Shown: piece after piece, positions 35,371 to 47,770 of the stretch
Layout: each line of letters begins with the position of its first letter
Numbering within the stretch: position 1 is the stretch's first letter
Assembly (NCBI GenBank): GCA_013265495.1
Contig: MU058868.1
Location: 2,287,553-2,351,552 of the forward strand
DNA: 64,000 nucleotides
Direction: 5' to 3'
Origin: Vicugna vicugna
Lineage: Eukaryota
Position numbers and translations under genes: made by a program
Notes under the pieces: generated by a model
Database searches by the model: none
What the model was told of the DNA's origin: nothing
Seen by the model: the letters and a program-made list of their open reading frames with translations, nothing else

Positions 35371-37139
35371 GCCCCCTCCCCCGTCTGTGGGGTTTGTTAC
35401 AGCGGCCCCAGCAAGCCAACAGCGTTGCAGGAAGAGGCCCCTCTGCCCAGGCGAGGGGGCGTGAGAGTGTGAAGCCGTCAGCGTGGCTGGGGAGCCGGAG
35501 ACGCACAGGGACGAGGACGCGGGAGGGAGGCTCTGGCCGCACAGGGCCAGTGTGCCGGGGGCTCTGGTGCCTGGGACCGAGGCGGAACGAGGGTCCCACA
35601 GCCGTTAGTGTCTCCCAGAGACAGCGGACCCAGCCTTTTGGAGAGAAGACCATGCCTCGGTTCTGAATTCTTCTGCAGCCTCCCTGCCTTTGAACCATCC
35701 CTCGAAAGGGCAGCTAAGAACTGAGACAGGCAGGTGGCGCTTGAACCCCAGAGGCAGGGAGAGAAGGCGCTGGCTGGTTTTGTCTGAGTTTTATCCAAAA
35801 AGTGTATGGACAGGAGAGTTCGCACCCATCCCTCTAACCATGTGTCCATCCCGGGGGTTTGCTTTTGTTCCAAGCAACAATGCTGGGGGTGACAGCAGGA
35901 AGAGAGTGAATGAGGAGATGTGGGTGATTTCGTTCCTTCACTGAGGCTCAGAGCAGCTGCTGTGGGGTTGGGACCCGGCCGGGAAGAAGGTGGGTCTAAC
36001 CAGGAGCCACCCGCCTCTAGCACTGCGGGCACAGCTCCACGGGCATGCAGAGAGACGCAGACACACGCACACACACGCACACACACGCACGCGTGCAGTT
36101 TTCCGAGGGGACCGCTTTTCCTGGCCTCCTGCACACGGCACCGTGCAGGGCCCTACTCAGGCTTCATGTGGAAATGAGGTGCTGCCTGCACTGTGATGGG
36201 GGCGTCCCCACCCCCACCCTCCGTATAGGTGAGGAGGCCTAGGCTTTGGGCCATGAAGTGGTAGAGTCAGGACCCAGTCTCTGCCCAGGGACCCCAAATT
36301 CTGCTCGGAGGGCTTCTAAGATAGCATTCAAATAAATGAAGGGTACGTACCTGGGGCCCTGCACCTGCCACCACCAAAGTCTGCTTCCCATCCCCAATTC
36401 TGGGTGATTTTTAGTTGCCAAACACCACCTTCTTGTTGGCGAGCAACAACAGTTAAAATGGACGCATTTTCCTTTAAAGTAACCTCGGACAAGGTCCAGT
36501 GCAGCAAGCCCCTTGTCGCTGGAAACGGGCACGGCTGGAGAGGGGCCGCCCCTCACCTGTCACGCAGGGTGCGCTCGGGATCCAGGGGTCAGACCGTCGG
36601 CAGTCGGCCTGCTTCTTGTGAAGGAGAGCGGCCCTCTCTCTGCCGGGGCGGGCGGCCGGGACCCGCCCTCAGCGGGGCGCGTGTGCTCACACGGACACAC
36701 ACGCACGTTCACACACCCCAGTAGTGTCTGAACAGCACCTGGGACGCAGCAGGGCCCTGGGCACACAGCCCAGCCCCCCCAGCTCCTGCCTCCAGCGGGC
36801 CTCACTTGGTGTGGTGACAAGTGGGGGCATTCTCCCTGGAGCCTCTAACAACATGTCCTGGCCCCCGGCCACCGCCTGGGCCCCAGGCTGGGACCCTGCA
36901 GGACGCTCTGTACAAAATGCACCCCAGACACAGACTGCAGGCGGTGTGCGTTAAGTCCGGAAAGTCCAGATCGGGTGGCGTGAGCCCCTCACCTCTGTGC
37001 GCCGCGGGGAGGAGCCTCTGGGAAGGGTGTGCGGCTGCCGTGGGGCTGTGGCCGGGCTCCCCTCGGCCTTTCAGGAGCGCCGTGCCTGGCACTGGACGTG
37101 CTCCGGCCCTGTTGGTCCCCCGGCAGCCTGAGGAGGTCC

Positions 37140-37477
37140 TGCCATGCTCTGAATGTTTGTCCCCCCAAATTCTTGTGCTGACATCCTAGCCCCCAAGGTG
37201 ACAGGGCCTGGGAGGCGCTCTCATTCGCTAATTGTGAGGGGTACTCGTGTCTCTATGGAAGAGACTCCATAGAGCCCCCTCGCCCCTGCCATCTGGCGAG
37301 GACTCAGTGAGAAGCTGTGCGCTACGACCCGGGAAGAGGGGCATCCCCAGGCCATGACCTCACGCGCTGGTTCCCGGCCTGTGCTTCCAGCCCCCAGCAC
37401 CGTGCACGGTAATGTCTGCTGTTCATGAGCCGCCAGGGCTGTGGATTTCGTTGGAGCTGCCGGGACAGACCGAGACG
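37140..37477 (+). mobile_element. MaLR solo LTR (MLT1A-like)
   Basis: tgccatgctctgaatgtttgtccccccaaattc...gaggactcagtgagaag...gtctgctgttcatgagccgcc...cagaccgagac, near full length. Confidence 0.85.
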
Positions 37478-39764
37478 GGCACCACGACCACGCCCCTTCA
37501 CGGAGGACCCCCGGGGCACGGGCTGCGCACGTGATGGCTCAAGGCTGCTCGGCCGTCCTGTGCAGGCGGCGGGCCCAGGCTGTGGACGGGTGCTCCCCTG
37601 CCTCCCGGGGGAAAGAGCAGCAGGTCCAGCCAGACCCTCTGGGCCTCGTGTTCTGCCTCTGGGGTTTTGGGGGAGGCATCACTCTCCCGAGCCTTTGTTT
37701 CTTCCGTACAGTGGGGGTGACGAGGACTAGATCATGTGGGTGAAAGGTCCAGGCCTCGGTGTGTGTGCTCCGAAAAGTGACTCACTCCCCTAGAAGCCCC
37801 CACGACAGTCAAGCAGGAAGCCAAGCTTCCCCCAGCACCCCGCGCCCTGCTAACACCCGAGCACAGTGGTTTCCACGGAGACCTGCTCCTGGTGGTTTAA
37901 GCAGACAAGGGTGCGGGCTTTCCAAGGCCTGCACGGACACCAGGGCAGCTATGGGCGTCCCAGTCCCACGGGGCCGTCCCTGCTGACTTCTCTCTGGAAA
38001 CATCAGACATGGGGTAGGGGGCGGGGCCCAGGGTCCTGGAGTGGAGATGAAACACAGAGAAATTGGTCCCCATCTTATGTCACTCTGGTAATGTTTGCGT
38101 CAGACCCAGCCCCGGCACCGAGTCCCTGGGAGCCAGCACCTGCGCCGTCCTAGATGCCATCCGTCCTGCCCCCCTCCCCCTTGTGGTTGGCTCCCCTGTG
38201 AGCCCGGAGCCCAGGCCTCCCGCTGCCAGCGTCCCAGCGCCCCAGAGCAGGTGTGCGGGTATGTGGGTGGAGATGTCCCATCCCGCGCCCTGGGCACGGG
38301 GTCTGAGGCGTCATTGAAACGCTGGTCATTGCCATCAGTCCTGCTCTGACTGTGTCCTTGGCCTGCTCTGGCTTCCCAGGCTGGCCGGTCTTGCCTTCTC
38401 TGCCGGGCTCCCAGCTGACACCAGGCTGATTGAATTGGACGGTCAGGGTCAGGAGGCTGTAGGAACACACAGGTCCTGGCTGTGGCTGGCATCACCCAGA
38501 AGGCGGGTCCATGGTCCAAACAAAGCCAAGAGTCTGCCACCTCTGCCCAAGGAGTGGATATGAACCGCACCCCTCATGGAGGTGGGGAGGCACCGGGCTG
38601 TCAGGGACGAGCAGGCGATCGGCGTTCCCGGAGTGAAGCGTGCGAGGCCAGGAGGGGTGCGGGAGGGGCCAGGGCCCAAGCGCACCGCCAGGTGAATTCT
38701 AGGTACTCTCTCCTGCCTGTGAGGACAGCAGGGAGGACATGCTCAGAGCTCCACTGGGAAGGATCTCCGTGGGGGCAGCCAGGAGGCCAGGCCCCAGTCT
38801 GGTCTGGGCTCAGGGCAGCTCCCGCGGGTGGACGACGGAAGGCAGGTAAGAATGAATGGCCAGGCCGTCACTCGGGGCTGAGGATGTCGTCCCAGTCTAG
38901 GGCCTGGGAGCCAGCGATTGTCCTGTTCCCCTCAGGCTTCAAGGTCTGGGACCCCCCTGGAGGGGCAGGGCCTCGAATGTCACCCCCTCCTGGACACCAG
39001 CTCCCTTTGCAACCACACCAAGGGGTGATGCTTTAAATTTCCAAAATGCACCTGATTTCCTTCACCTCCTCCAGGGCGAAGGGCAGGGGCCGCCCGTCTC
39101 TGGGGCCGCACTCGGCTTCCTGTGATCGTGGGGCTGCTATGACACCGGGAAGTGCGCCTTCTCGGGACCAAGAGGAGGTATTTGCTTCCTCAGGGGATTT
39201 GTATGTTTTCTTTTCTGCTATAATTGGAACGGTATCGGGGATGAGGCATCTAATTACTCCTGTTTCCTGGAAATCGAACGATAGCACGTCCTGCCGACAC
39301 AGACCTTTTGCGAAGGCCACACGCGGTCTCCCAGGGCAATTCCTTTGAGCGCGGCAGTCGGAAGGCTTTGGGGTTCACACAGCTCCTCTGAGCGTCACAC
39401 CAGAGCCGGTGCCATCTGCTTAATCTTGTTCTGCTCCATCTTTGAACGATCTTTGTGCCCATGAGTTCCTGCATAACAATAGCTCATAATGCCAGCTCTT
39501 ACGAAGAGGATCCTACCTAATTAGAATTTATAGAGCTAGGAGAACCTTGAGAAAATCAGAACCAAGCCTCTCATTCAGGAGGATAAACTGAGCCCCGGGA
39601 CGTGGCAAGGCACCAAGGTTACAGAGCCTTTGATTAAGGTGTGACCCGGGAGCTCAGTGGTCGGACGGACAGAGACACCCGTGGAGACAAGAGCTGGTCT
39701 CTGCAAGGTGGTGGCACAATGCGGTGGGCCCGGTTCAAGCCCCAGCTGTGCCTTCACCCATCCC

Positions 39765-39995
39765 ACCCCAGGCCTGACTCCCTTCTGACCCTAATCCTGA
39801 TCTTGATCTGAACCGGGTCTTAAATACCAGAGCAAACCTCAAAATCAACCACAACCCCCAACACAGATTCTGTTCATAAACTTAGCCCCAGCCCCCCCAA
39901 ACGCCAGCTAAACTCCAGTCCAAACGCAGCCTCCCTGCTAACCCTAAACCCTAACTAGATCTTCATTCCAGCCTAATGCCGACCCCAACCCTCCC
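39765..39995. repeat. Degenerate hexamer-period, C-rich tract resembling (CCCTAA)n
   Basis: Exact CCCTAA at 39789, 39942 and 39949, plus variants (cctgat, cttgat, ctaaac, cctaat, cccaac). Confidence 0.6.
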
Positions 39996-40599
39996 AGCCA
40001 CCTTCACACCAGAGGAAAGCGGAGGAAGTGAGCTGTGCACTTACCCGAGGGCTGTCAGAGTTTTCTGGTTCATGAGCCCATTTTGTTCAGGGATGTGTCC
40101 CCGGGGCCCAGACAGGGCCCGACAAGGTAGTCACCAGGTCACCTGAGTGGACAAGCAGCACATCAGCGGCCACTTGACGCCTACACCCGCTCAGCCGCAC
40201 CCACTGGGGCAGCGTTTGTCTCGTCCCTGGAAAAACTGACTTTCCCTTTTTGCTAGATAAGGAAACTGAGGGTCTGAGAGGACCCGACATTACTGCATGG
40301 AGGCTGCAGCAAGGCAGGAGGGACCTCCCACTGTGTGTTCCCAGCTCCAGTCCTGCCCCAGGCCAGGCTCTGGGGGCCACGAGCTCCGATGTTGGTAGTT
40401 TGTGACTGGACGTGTCCATCCGACCCACATCGCTGTCTCTGTGACCCCAGATGTGAGGGTCTGACCGCTCTGCATCCACTCTGTGCAGCAGGCTCAAACG
40501 GCACGCTGAAGCCACACCATAGAACAGCCCATCAAACTGGGGGTGTGGGCGGGGGCTCTGGGAAGCCTACAGCCCAGAATCACAGACAGGCATTGGACC

Positions 40600-41040
40600 A
40601 CCTTTCAGTTCCCTGCGGCCGGTGCATAACGCACCACAGGCTGGGCAGCTTAAAGCAAGAGGAATTCTTCCAGTTCCGGAGGCTGGAGGTCCGAAATCAA
40701 GGTGTCTGCAGGGCTGCCTCCCTCCGGAGGCTCTCTTGGAGGATCCTTCCTGCTTCTTCCAGCTTCCAGGGGCCCCAGGGGTTCCTTGGCTTACGGCCGC
40801 ATCATCTCCATCTCTGCCTCTGTCTCTGCCTCCATCTCCAGGTGGCAGCTGCTTCTTGTATCTCTTCTGGCAGGGACACCAGCCACGTTGAATCAGGGCC
40901 CACCCCATTCCAGTGACATCACTGAACCTGATCACATCTGCAAAGACGCTATTTCCAAATAAGGTCACCTTCACAGGTGCCAGGGGTCAGGGCAGAACAT
41001 GTCTTTTTGCGGGGATGGGGGCACAAGTCAACCGGTAGCG
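40600..41040 (-). mobile_element. MaLR solo LTR (MLT1C/D-like)
   Basis: ggaggctggaggtccgaaatcaaggtgtctgcagggc...gatcacatctgcaaagacgctatttccaaataaggtcacc. Confidence 0.85.
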
Positions 41041-41218
41041 ACCATACCGCTTCTTGTGTTTTTGATCAGGTGTCTCAGGAAGCAATTAGGATACTGCATG
41101 TGAAAATCGAATCCTCTGTCCTCTTCCAGTGTGAGAACTGGCAGCATGGGAGGCAGACATAGCGGCCCCTCTTGCCTCGGCGCTGTGGACACTGCAGACT
41201 GGGGCCCTTGATCTGGCC

Positions 41219-41424
41219 CAGTGGTTCTTAGCGAGGAGTGGTTCTGCCCCGGGGACACCTGGCAATGTCCGAGGACAGTTGCAGTTGTCACAGCTGAGGG
41301 ATGCTAGTGGTGTTAGTGGGTAGAGGCCGGGGTGCTGCAAAACATCCTGCAATTCACAGGCCAACCCCACAACAAAGAGGTGCCCAGCCTCAAATGTCAT
41401 TGATGCCCAGGTTGGGAAACCCTC
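41219..41424 (+). mobile_element. MER20 hAT-Charlie DNA transposon, near full length
   Basis: cagtggttctta...gggacacctggcaatgtc...gttgtcaca...tagtgggtagaggccggggtgctgcaaaacatcctgcaattcacagg...ccccacaacaaag...aaatgtca...ggttgggaaaccct. Both termini are recognisable. Confidence 0.88.
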
Positions 41425-41449
41425 AATACGATCGTCTTGGCACAAGGCT

Positions 41450-41845
41450 GCTCTGTTAAAGACTACATTTCCCAGCCTCCTTTGCAGTAGGTATGGCTAT
41501 GTGACCACATTCTAACCAATGGGATGTCAGCATAAGGACTATGCGCAACCTCCATTTGAGGATGCCCTGTGTTTGGCCAACCACACCCTCCCACCCACTG
41601 AGTAGACCTAGGTGGAAATGATGGCGGTGGCTGGAGCCAGAGCAGCCAACTGAGACCTCGAGGTGGGAGCTGCCTGCCAGGGATGGCCAAGGAGTGGAAG
41701 CCACCAGGATCCTCAGCTCCGCCAGGCCGTCATGCTGGCTCTGCCCAGACCTTGTGTGGAGAGAAATCAACCCCTAATTGTTCAAGCCTCTGTATTTTGG
41801 GGTCACCTTGTTACAGCAGCCTCCACTGTACCCTGACTCACTCAC
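41450..41845 (+). mobile_element. ERVL LTR (LTR16-like)
   Basis: gactacatttcccagcctcctttgcagtaggtatggctatgtgaccacattctaaccaatgggatg...ttgttcaagcctctgtattttgggg...ttgttacagcagc. Confidence 0.8.
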
Positions 41846-42664
41846 AGTCCTAAATCGCAGGCCAGCCCTGTTCTCTCCCATGACGAATTTCTGGTTTTAA
41901 TCAGAGCCTTCTGGGAAGGGAAGACTTGAGAAGAAAACATAGCAGATCTCGCTGAGTTCGAGCCCACGGTGTCCAGGTTCCAACATAAACATTCCAGTGC
42001 TCTCGGCAGTGGCAAGCGTTGCTGGGCCCGCGCCCCGCTTTCCAGAAATATCTGGAGATGGGGTCACCATAGGAGGCTGGAGAAGCTGCATGGGGCCAGG
42101 GTGGATGTGAGCATTCTTAGCTTATTTTCCCAAACACGTCAAGGGCTCTTCTGCATTTTCCTATCTGAAAAAAGTCAAAGCCAAACGAAACGGAAAAACT
42201 CTCTGAACCCCCTCCAGCTTTGGAACATGTGCCCGCTGTGGTCGGATTCACAAATCATGGGTATGAAATTGCTCTTGTTTACCTAGCCATTCCCACCAGA
42301 CAGGTTCCTGGATTGGAGGAGGGGGCAATGAGAGGGGAGGTGGGCGGCGTAGGGATGGAGAGGGCCGCCCCCGATGAGCACGTGGCGCCGCAAGCGGAAC
42401 CTGGATGCTCCTCTTGCACAAGGCAGGCGGCGTCCTAGGGTACCGTCCCCTCTGGTGACAGTTAGGAACATGATCTGCGTCACTCTGTCTCCCCTTCTGA
42501 TCCCAGCACGTAACTGGTGCTTGGCGATTGAGAGGCAGAAACAGAGGGGAAAGAATTTGACTTTAGGTGAGAAGCCAGACTAGGCAGCCCCCGGGCCTGG
42601 ACTGCCTCACCCGCGAAGTGGGAACACAAGAGCCTTCCTCGTGGAGGGGTTCTGTGAAAGTCCG

Positions 42665-42790
42665 ATCCACTCATTCATTCATTCATTCACTCATTCGTTC
42701 ACCATTCTGGGTGCTGGGAGTAAGGGTGCCCATCCTGAGCAGCCCCCAGCAGCCGGACAGACATGGTTAACTGGGAGTCCCCAGGGAGCA
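42665..42790 (-). mobile_element. L2 3' end with (CATT)n tail
   Basis: cattcattcattcattcactcattcgttcacc...ctgggtgctgggag. Confidence 0.5.
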
Positions 42791-42944
42791 TGCTTTGGGG
42801 AAAGAAGACCCAGTGTGGAGCCAGGGCCCCCCGGGGGTCTGCTGGAGCGGGTGGTCACAGTGGAGGCGTCCACGTGGCAGCGAGGCTGGATGGGGCGGGG
42901 GCCTGAGCCTGGGCCCCAGTGGACTGGAAAGCTCCCTGGGGACC

Positions 42945-43070
42945 TGGGCTGTCGTATCTGCCCCCAGACGCCCCCATGTGCTCATCTGCAAAGTGGGGTT
43001 GTTGAGAGCAACCAACTCTCAGAGGTCCTGTGAGAGTGAAATAAAATGTGAGGCTTTCAAATCTGATGAA
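42945..43070 (+). mobile_element. MIR SINE remnant
   Basis: ctcatctgcaaagtgggg...ctcagaggtcctgtgagagtgaaataa. Confidence 0.6.
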
Positions 43071-44264
43071 CATCCTGACAACTTCCCAGAGCTCTCCAGA
43101 GATGAGAGCCTTAGAAGGGGTGACCTGGAGGCCTGGCCCCTGCGGGAGGCTCAGTGCCAAGTCCAGGGTCATGCTGGGGGCTGGAGCAGCCTGGCTGAGG
43201 GGGAAGGGGCGCCTCTGGGGGCAGTGGGGGACGTTTCCGGGAAGGAATCTGCTCGTCCAAGGAAGTCTCTCCACTACTGTCAAAGCTGTGTGTAGAAGCC
43301 CCCTCTCCAGGGAGCCCCTCCCGCTGCTCGGCCCCTCCAGTGGCCTCGCACATCCCTAGGAAGGCAGCCTGGAGCCCCCGCAGCAGGCCCTACGTCCCCA
43401 CGGCCAGGACGGAGCCTGGCACAGAGGGGCACTGGGGCCATCTGTCAATGTCGCAAACTACCAAAGCTCTCCTGGGGTGCACTGGGCTGCTCAGAAGGCA
43501 GTGCGCTCCCGCGGCCCGGGGTGTGCCAGCGGGGTTGGGGTCCTGCCTGAAGGGACACTGCAAAGTGACTCACTCGGCGGGGACACAAGGTAGCAGCAAG
43601 CATCACGATGATAATGTCACCCGCGATACGCCGAGAGTTTGCTGAGTGCGGCGGTGGTAAGACCCTGGTTCTCTTTTGTTAGAATTTTTTTATTTGCCTA
43701 AGTAACTCGAGCTCTCGGAGCGAGCTAAACAATACGGGGATATATAAAGAAATCCTAACATCAACCCTGCTCTGAGGCCTCTTCCCTCCCACGAGCCAGG
43801 TCCCGAGAGCTGACAGGCGAAGGTGTTACCCTTCTTGGGCACCTGACAGAATCCCACTTAATCCTTCAGATGCTACTAGGAGGCTCGGAGAGGTAAAGCC
43901 GTTTGCTCCAGGTCCCCCCGCTGGTTAGAGGCACAAGCCAAGCAGGTGTCAGCTGCACCTCCGAGCCCTCCCAGGAGCCCCGAGTCCCCTGGCCCAGACT
44001 GGCTCCCCTCTCCTCCCTGGCAGCACCTACTGGCCTGCAGGAGGCACACATCCTCCCCACCAAATGGCCCGAGACTCCTGGACCAGTCCACCCAAGCCAG
44101 GGCTGACCAGCCCCCGTGGCCACACACCAGCCCCCACCTTCCAGCTCGGACTTGGCAGGGCTGGCTGGCAGTTGGAGCTCCTTCCACCAGACTCCCCGGC
44201 TCCAACAGAGCCTTCCTAGACTCAGGGGGCCTGCAAGGGCCCAGGAAGACCACCAAGTCCTGCT

Positions 44265-44360
44265 CCTCAATTCACAGGTAGGGAAACTGAAGCTCGGAAA
44301 GGGCAGGTGACTCGTCCAACATCACACAGTGACTCGCGACTGAGACAGGACTGTGGTGTG
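44265..44360 (-). mobile_element. MIR SINE remnant
   Basis: ttcacaggtagggaaactgaagctcggaaagggcaggtgactcgtccaacatcacacag. Confidence 0.7.
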
Positions 44361-44454
44361 GCGACCCCTCGTGTCTAACCTGACAGTTTATGAAGTCCCA
44401 CCGTGTCTACCACAGCCATTCACTCCTTCATTCGTCCCCCAAATGCCCACAGGC

Positions 44455-44860
44455 TCTGCATTCATTTCCCATTGCTGTTGTGACAAATGATCACAAACTT
44501 AGCAGCTTCTAACAACAAATTTATTATCTTACAGTTCCGAGTCCAGAGGTGTAAAATGGCCTAGTGGGGTTGGTTCCCCTTGGGGGTTCTGGGAAAGACT
44601 CTCTCTCATCTTTTCCAGCTTCTAGAGGCGCCCACATCCCGAGCTCGTGGCCCGCTCCGTGCATTACCCCGCCCCCTGCTTCCGTTATCACATCTCCTTT
44701 AACTCTGACCCCCTAGCCTCTCTCACCTAGAAGGACCCTTGTGGTTGCACTTAGGGTTCACTCAGAATCCAGGATAATCCCCCATCTCAAATCCTTAGCT
44801 TAATCCCATCAGTGAAGTCCCTTTTGTGATGTAAGGCTGCCGAGCCACAGGGTCTGGCTG
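44455..44860 (-). mobile_element. MaLR LTR (MLT1D/E-like)
   Basis: cattgctgttgtgacaaatgatcacaaacttagcagctt...atttattatcttacagttc...ccaggataatcccccatctcaaatcctta. Confidence 0.8.
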
Positions 44861-44944
44861 TCGTGTGTGTGTGTGTGAGTTTTCCCACCACAGACTGGCA
44901 CAATGATTCTCCAAGGGTGCAGGATAGGGCTGAGGACAGCAAAT

Positions 44945-45420
44945 CAGCTAGGATGTGTCCGGTTGCGAGTTACGGAACCCTCCTCCCCAAAGGCCTTAAA
45001 CAATGAGGTCACTGGTGTCCCCCTTGGCGGGAAGTCTGGCGAAAGGCTGGCTCCAGCATGGGTTCCTTTGGAAGCTCAAGGACAACATCGTCAGGGACAC
45101 AGACTCTTTCCTCCTGTCGCCTTCATCTTCAGCTCCTCCTAACCCTAAGAGAGCTGCTGCAGCTCCAGGTGTCACATCCTCACACACACATGACCAAACA
45201 GGAAGGCAGCCAGTGAGTCTTCTCGCACATTTCTCACTTTTCATCACAGAGGTTTTATTGGTTGGGACTTGGTCATGTGACCTCTCCTCCAGTCACTGGG
45301 GAAGGGAAATGGGTCTACCTTAAGATAGGCTTAGAGGCATCATGATCTTCCCCCAGGGTTGGGAAGGGGTCCCCATTTCCTGGGCACATCACTGCTCCTC
45401 CACCAGAACAAACCAGGTAT
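44945..45420 (-). mobile_element. Old MaLR/ERVL LTR (MLT1L/N-like)
   Basis: tcagctaggatgtgtccggttgcgagttacggaacc...gctgctgcagctccaggtgtcacatcc...ttattggttgggacttggtcatgtgacc. Confidence 0.6.
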
Positions 45421-45426
45421 GCAGGT

Positions 45427-45966
45427 GTATCAGTCACCTAGGCTGCATAACAAAGTACCACAACTTTACCAGCATAAAACAACACACATTTACTATCTCA
45501 GTTTCCATGGACCAGGAGTCCTGTGCAGGTGAACTGACCCCTATACTCATGGTGTGGAGGCTGAAATGAAGGTGTCAGCTGAGGCCATGTTCTCATCTGA
45601 GGCCCAGGGACCCCCTCTAGGCTCACACAGCTGTCAGTAGCATTCAGTTCCCTAAGGCTGTGTGGCTGAAGCCAGGGACCACTCGCCACTCCTAAAGACC
45701 ACATTCAGGTCCTTCCCCTGCAGCTGCCATTCACATCAATGCTGCATTTTCATGGCCAGCAGGAAGGCACTTCTGATGCTTCATCGCCTTCTAAAGGGTC
45801 ACCTGATCGGGTCAGGCCCACCCTGGATAATCTCCTTTGATTAACTCAAAGCCAACTGGTTAGGGGCTTTGTCAGGGCAGTGATGCCCCCACAGTATTCA
45901 GACTCAGGAGGAGGGGCTATCCAAGGGCCTGGAAACTGGGGGCCACCTGAGAGTCTCCCCTACTGC
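45427..45966 (-). mobile_element. MaLR LTR (MLT1E/F-like)
   Basis: tgtatcagtcacctaggctgcataacaaagtaccacaac...ggctgaaatgaaggtgtcagc...gggtcaggcccaccctggataatctcctttgattaactcaaag. Confidence 0.8.
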
Positions 45967-47669
45967 AGGGGGCAAGGAGGAGGTGAGTGCTGGCCACTGG
46001 GCACATGGCTGGTGTGGAACCTTTTGGACAGGCTGCTGCCTCCTTACCCTCCAGTCTGAGCAGAGCCCCTACTCCTTCTAGAAAGTTCTCCCTGAGCCCC
46101 CGAGCAGGTCAGAAGCCCCTTCTTCCATCTCCTGGCATCTCCCCGGAGGTCAGGGACTAGGCCTCACACCCTCGGCTGGGCCTGAGTGGTGCCAGGCACT
46201 GCCCACACTCAGCACAGAGGAGGTGCCCCCCAGATGTCTGCCGGATGAAAACTGAGTCCTCACGTTACCGGGAGGAGACGGGAGGCAGCATGATGACAGT
46301 GGGACAGGGGACCACGCTGGCCTGGGCTCGTACCCACATGGGATCTTCAGCAACCCAGGCCTCCACCCGCATCTACAGGATGGGACAACCACACAGCACA
46401 CACCCGGAAGGGACGCAAAGAGTGAGGCGGGCCCACCACCCACGGACTGTGAAGGACAGGACCTGGCCTAATGGTGGCTTCCATGAGCACTGCTGATGGG
46501 CAGGGGTGCCAAGGGCCGGCGGGTGACCAGAGGAGAAGCTGTAAGGTGACACTTCTCAGGGAAGTGACTCCAGGAGACGCCACATGGCTGCCTGGGGCCA
46601 TGGAACCCTGTGTGGGGTTCTGAGGATGAGCCTGGCATGGAGGGGCATGGAGCCGAGCCTCCCACCTGCGCAGGTGAGTGACAGGCAGAGGCAGGAGCAG
46701 GCGTTCCAGGCCCAGGGGGTGACAACGGAGGCAGAAGCACGTCTGGACACCCCAGGCTACGAGTTCTGCACACATCATCCTGGAGAACCTGCACATCTGC
46801 CATACAGAATGGGCTCCGTTATCCCCATCCACAGGCCATGCTGGCTCGGAAGGTGAAGGCGGCTTCCTGAGGTCATGTGGGGACACCTGGTCAGCCCGAG
46901 CCCAGAGTCCAGGTCAAGGCCAGGCCCCGAGGGGCCTCAAACGCCAGGCTCAGGCATCCGGGAAGCAGCAAGCCCCTGAGGGAGGACCAGTCAGGCCCAG
47001 AGCTGATAGGCAGAGGGGACCCCTGAGAAGGCAGCCGGGACAGGCGGAGGGGGGGTACAAGCTTGAACCCCAGAGGGCCCTGGGCTGAGCGGGGTTCGCA
47101 GCTGGTGCTCAACAAGGCCCACTGCTTTAACCCACTACAGTCACTGCCAGTCCAGGACCATCCCCCAAGCCCTGCTTTCCCCAGAGGGACTTCCGGCAGC
47201 TCTGGAAGAACTCAGCTGTGCAAACCCATCAATGTGATCAATATTGCAATGGATTCAGTCTGCAGGTTAGTCCAGGAGAGCCAGGCCTGGGCCGGTGGGT
47301 CCCAGCCACACTCTGGCAAGACACAGTGGTTCTAGAAGTCTTTGGGGCACAGGGGGAGGGAGAGGAGCAAGCCTCATTTTTCCCTGCCCCATCTTTAAAG
47401 ATGAAATTTCAAATAAATTTCAGGAAAAAAAATACCTTCAGCCCAGCTGAGAAAACAAGTCCCTTGGTATGGAGTCTGGCAAGCCAGGCCTGCCCGCCTC
47501 TGTTCCCACACCAGCCAACCAAGTGGAGGGCTCTTCCTGGGACTCTAGGCTCTTCCCCCTCTCCAGGGACAGACTGAGGGCAAAGACAGCAGGTGGACAT
47601 GAAGCTCAGCTCCAGGAGCTCCAAGCCAAGGGGGGGCAAAGCCAGCACAGATCTTAGAACAATCTAGTC

Positions 47670-47770
47670 AATAGCCCCACTTGACAGATGGGAAAACTGA
47701 GGCCCAGGGAGGCAGGAGGTTCTCAGGCTGCCAGATGGCAAGTAAGGGAATAAGTGGGAGTTTAAGTCCA
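47670..47770 (-). mobile_element. MIR SINE remnant
   Basis: cccacttgacagatgggaaaactgaggcccaggga. Confidence 0.7.

Noticed and set aside
43741-43748. TATA box TATATAAA
   Set aside because: Isolated, with no CpG island, initiator or downstream exon evidence.
47390-47411. Overlapping palindromes CATCTTTAAAGATG and TGAAATTTCA
   Set aside because: About four 14-bp perfect palindromes are expected by chance in 64 kb.
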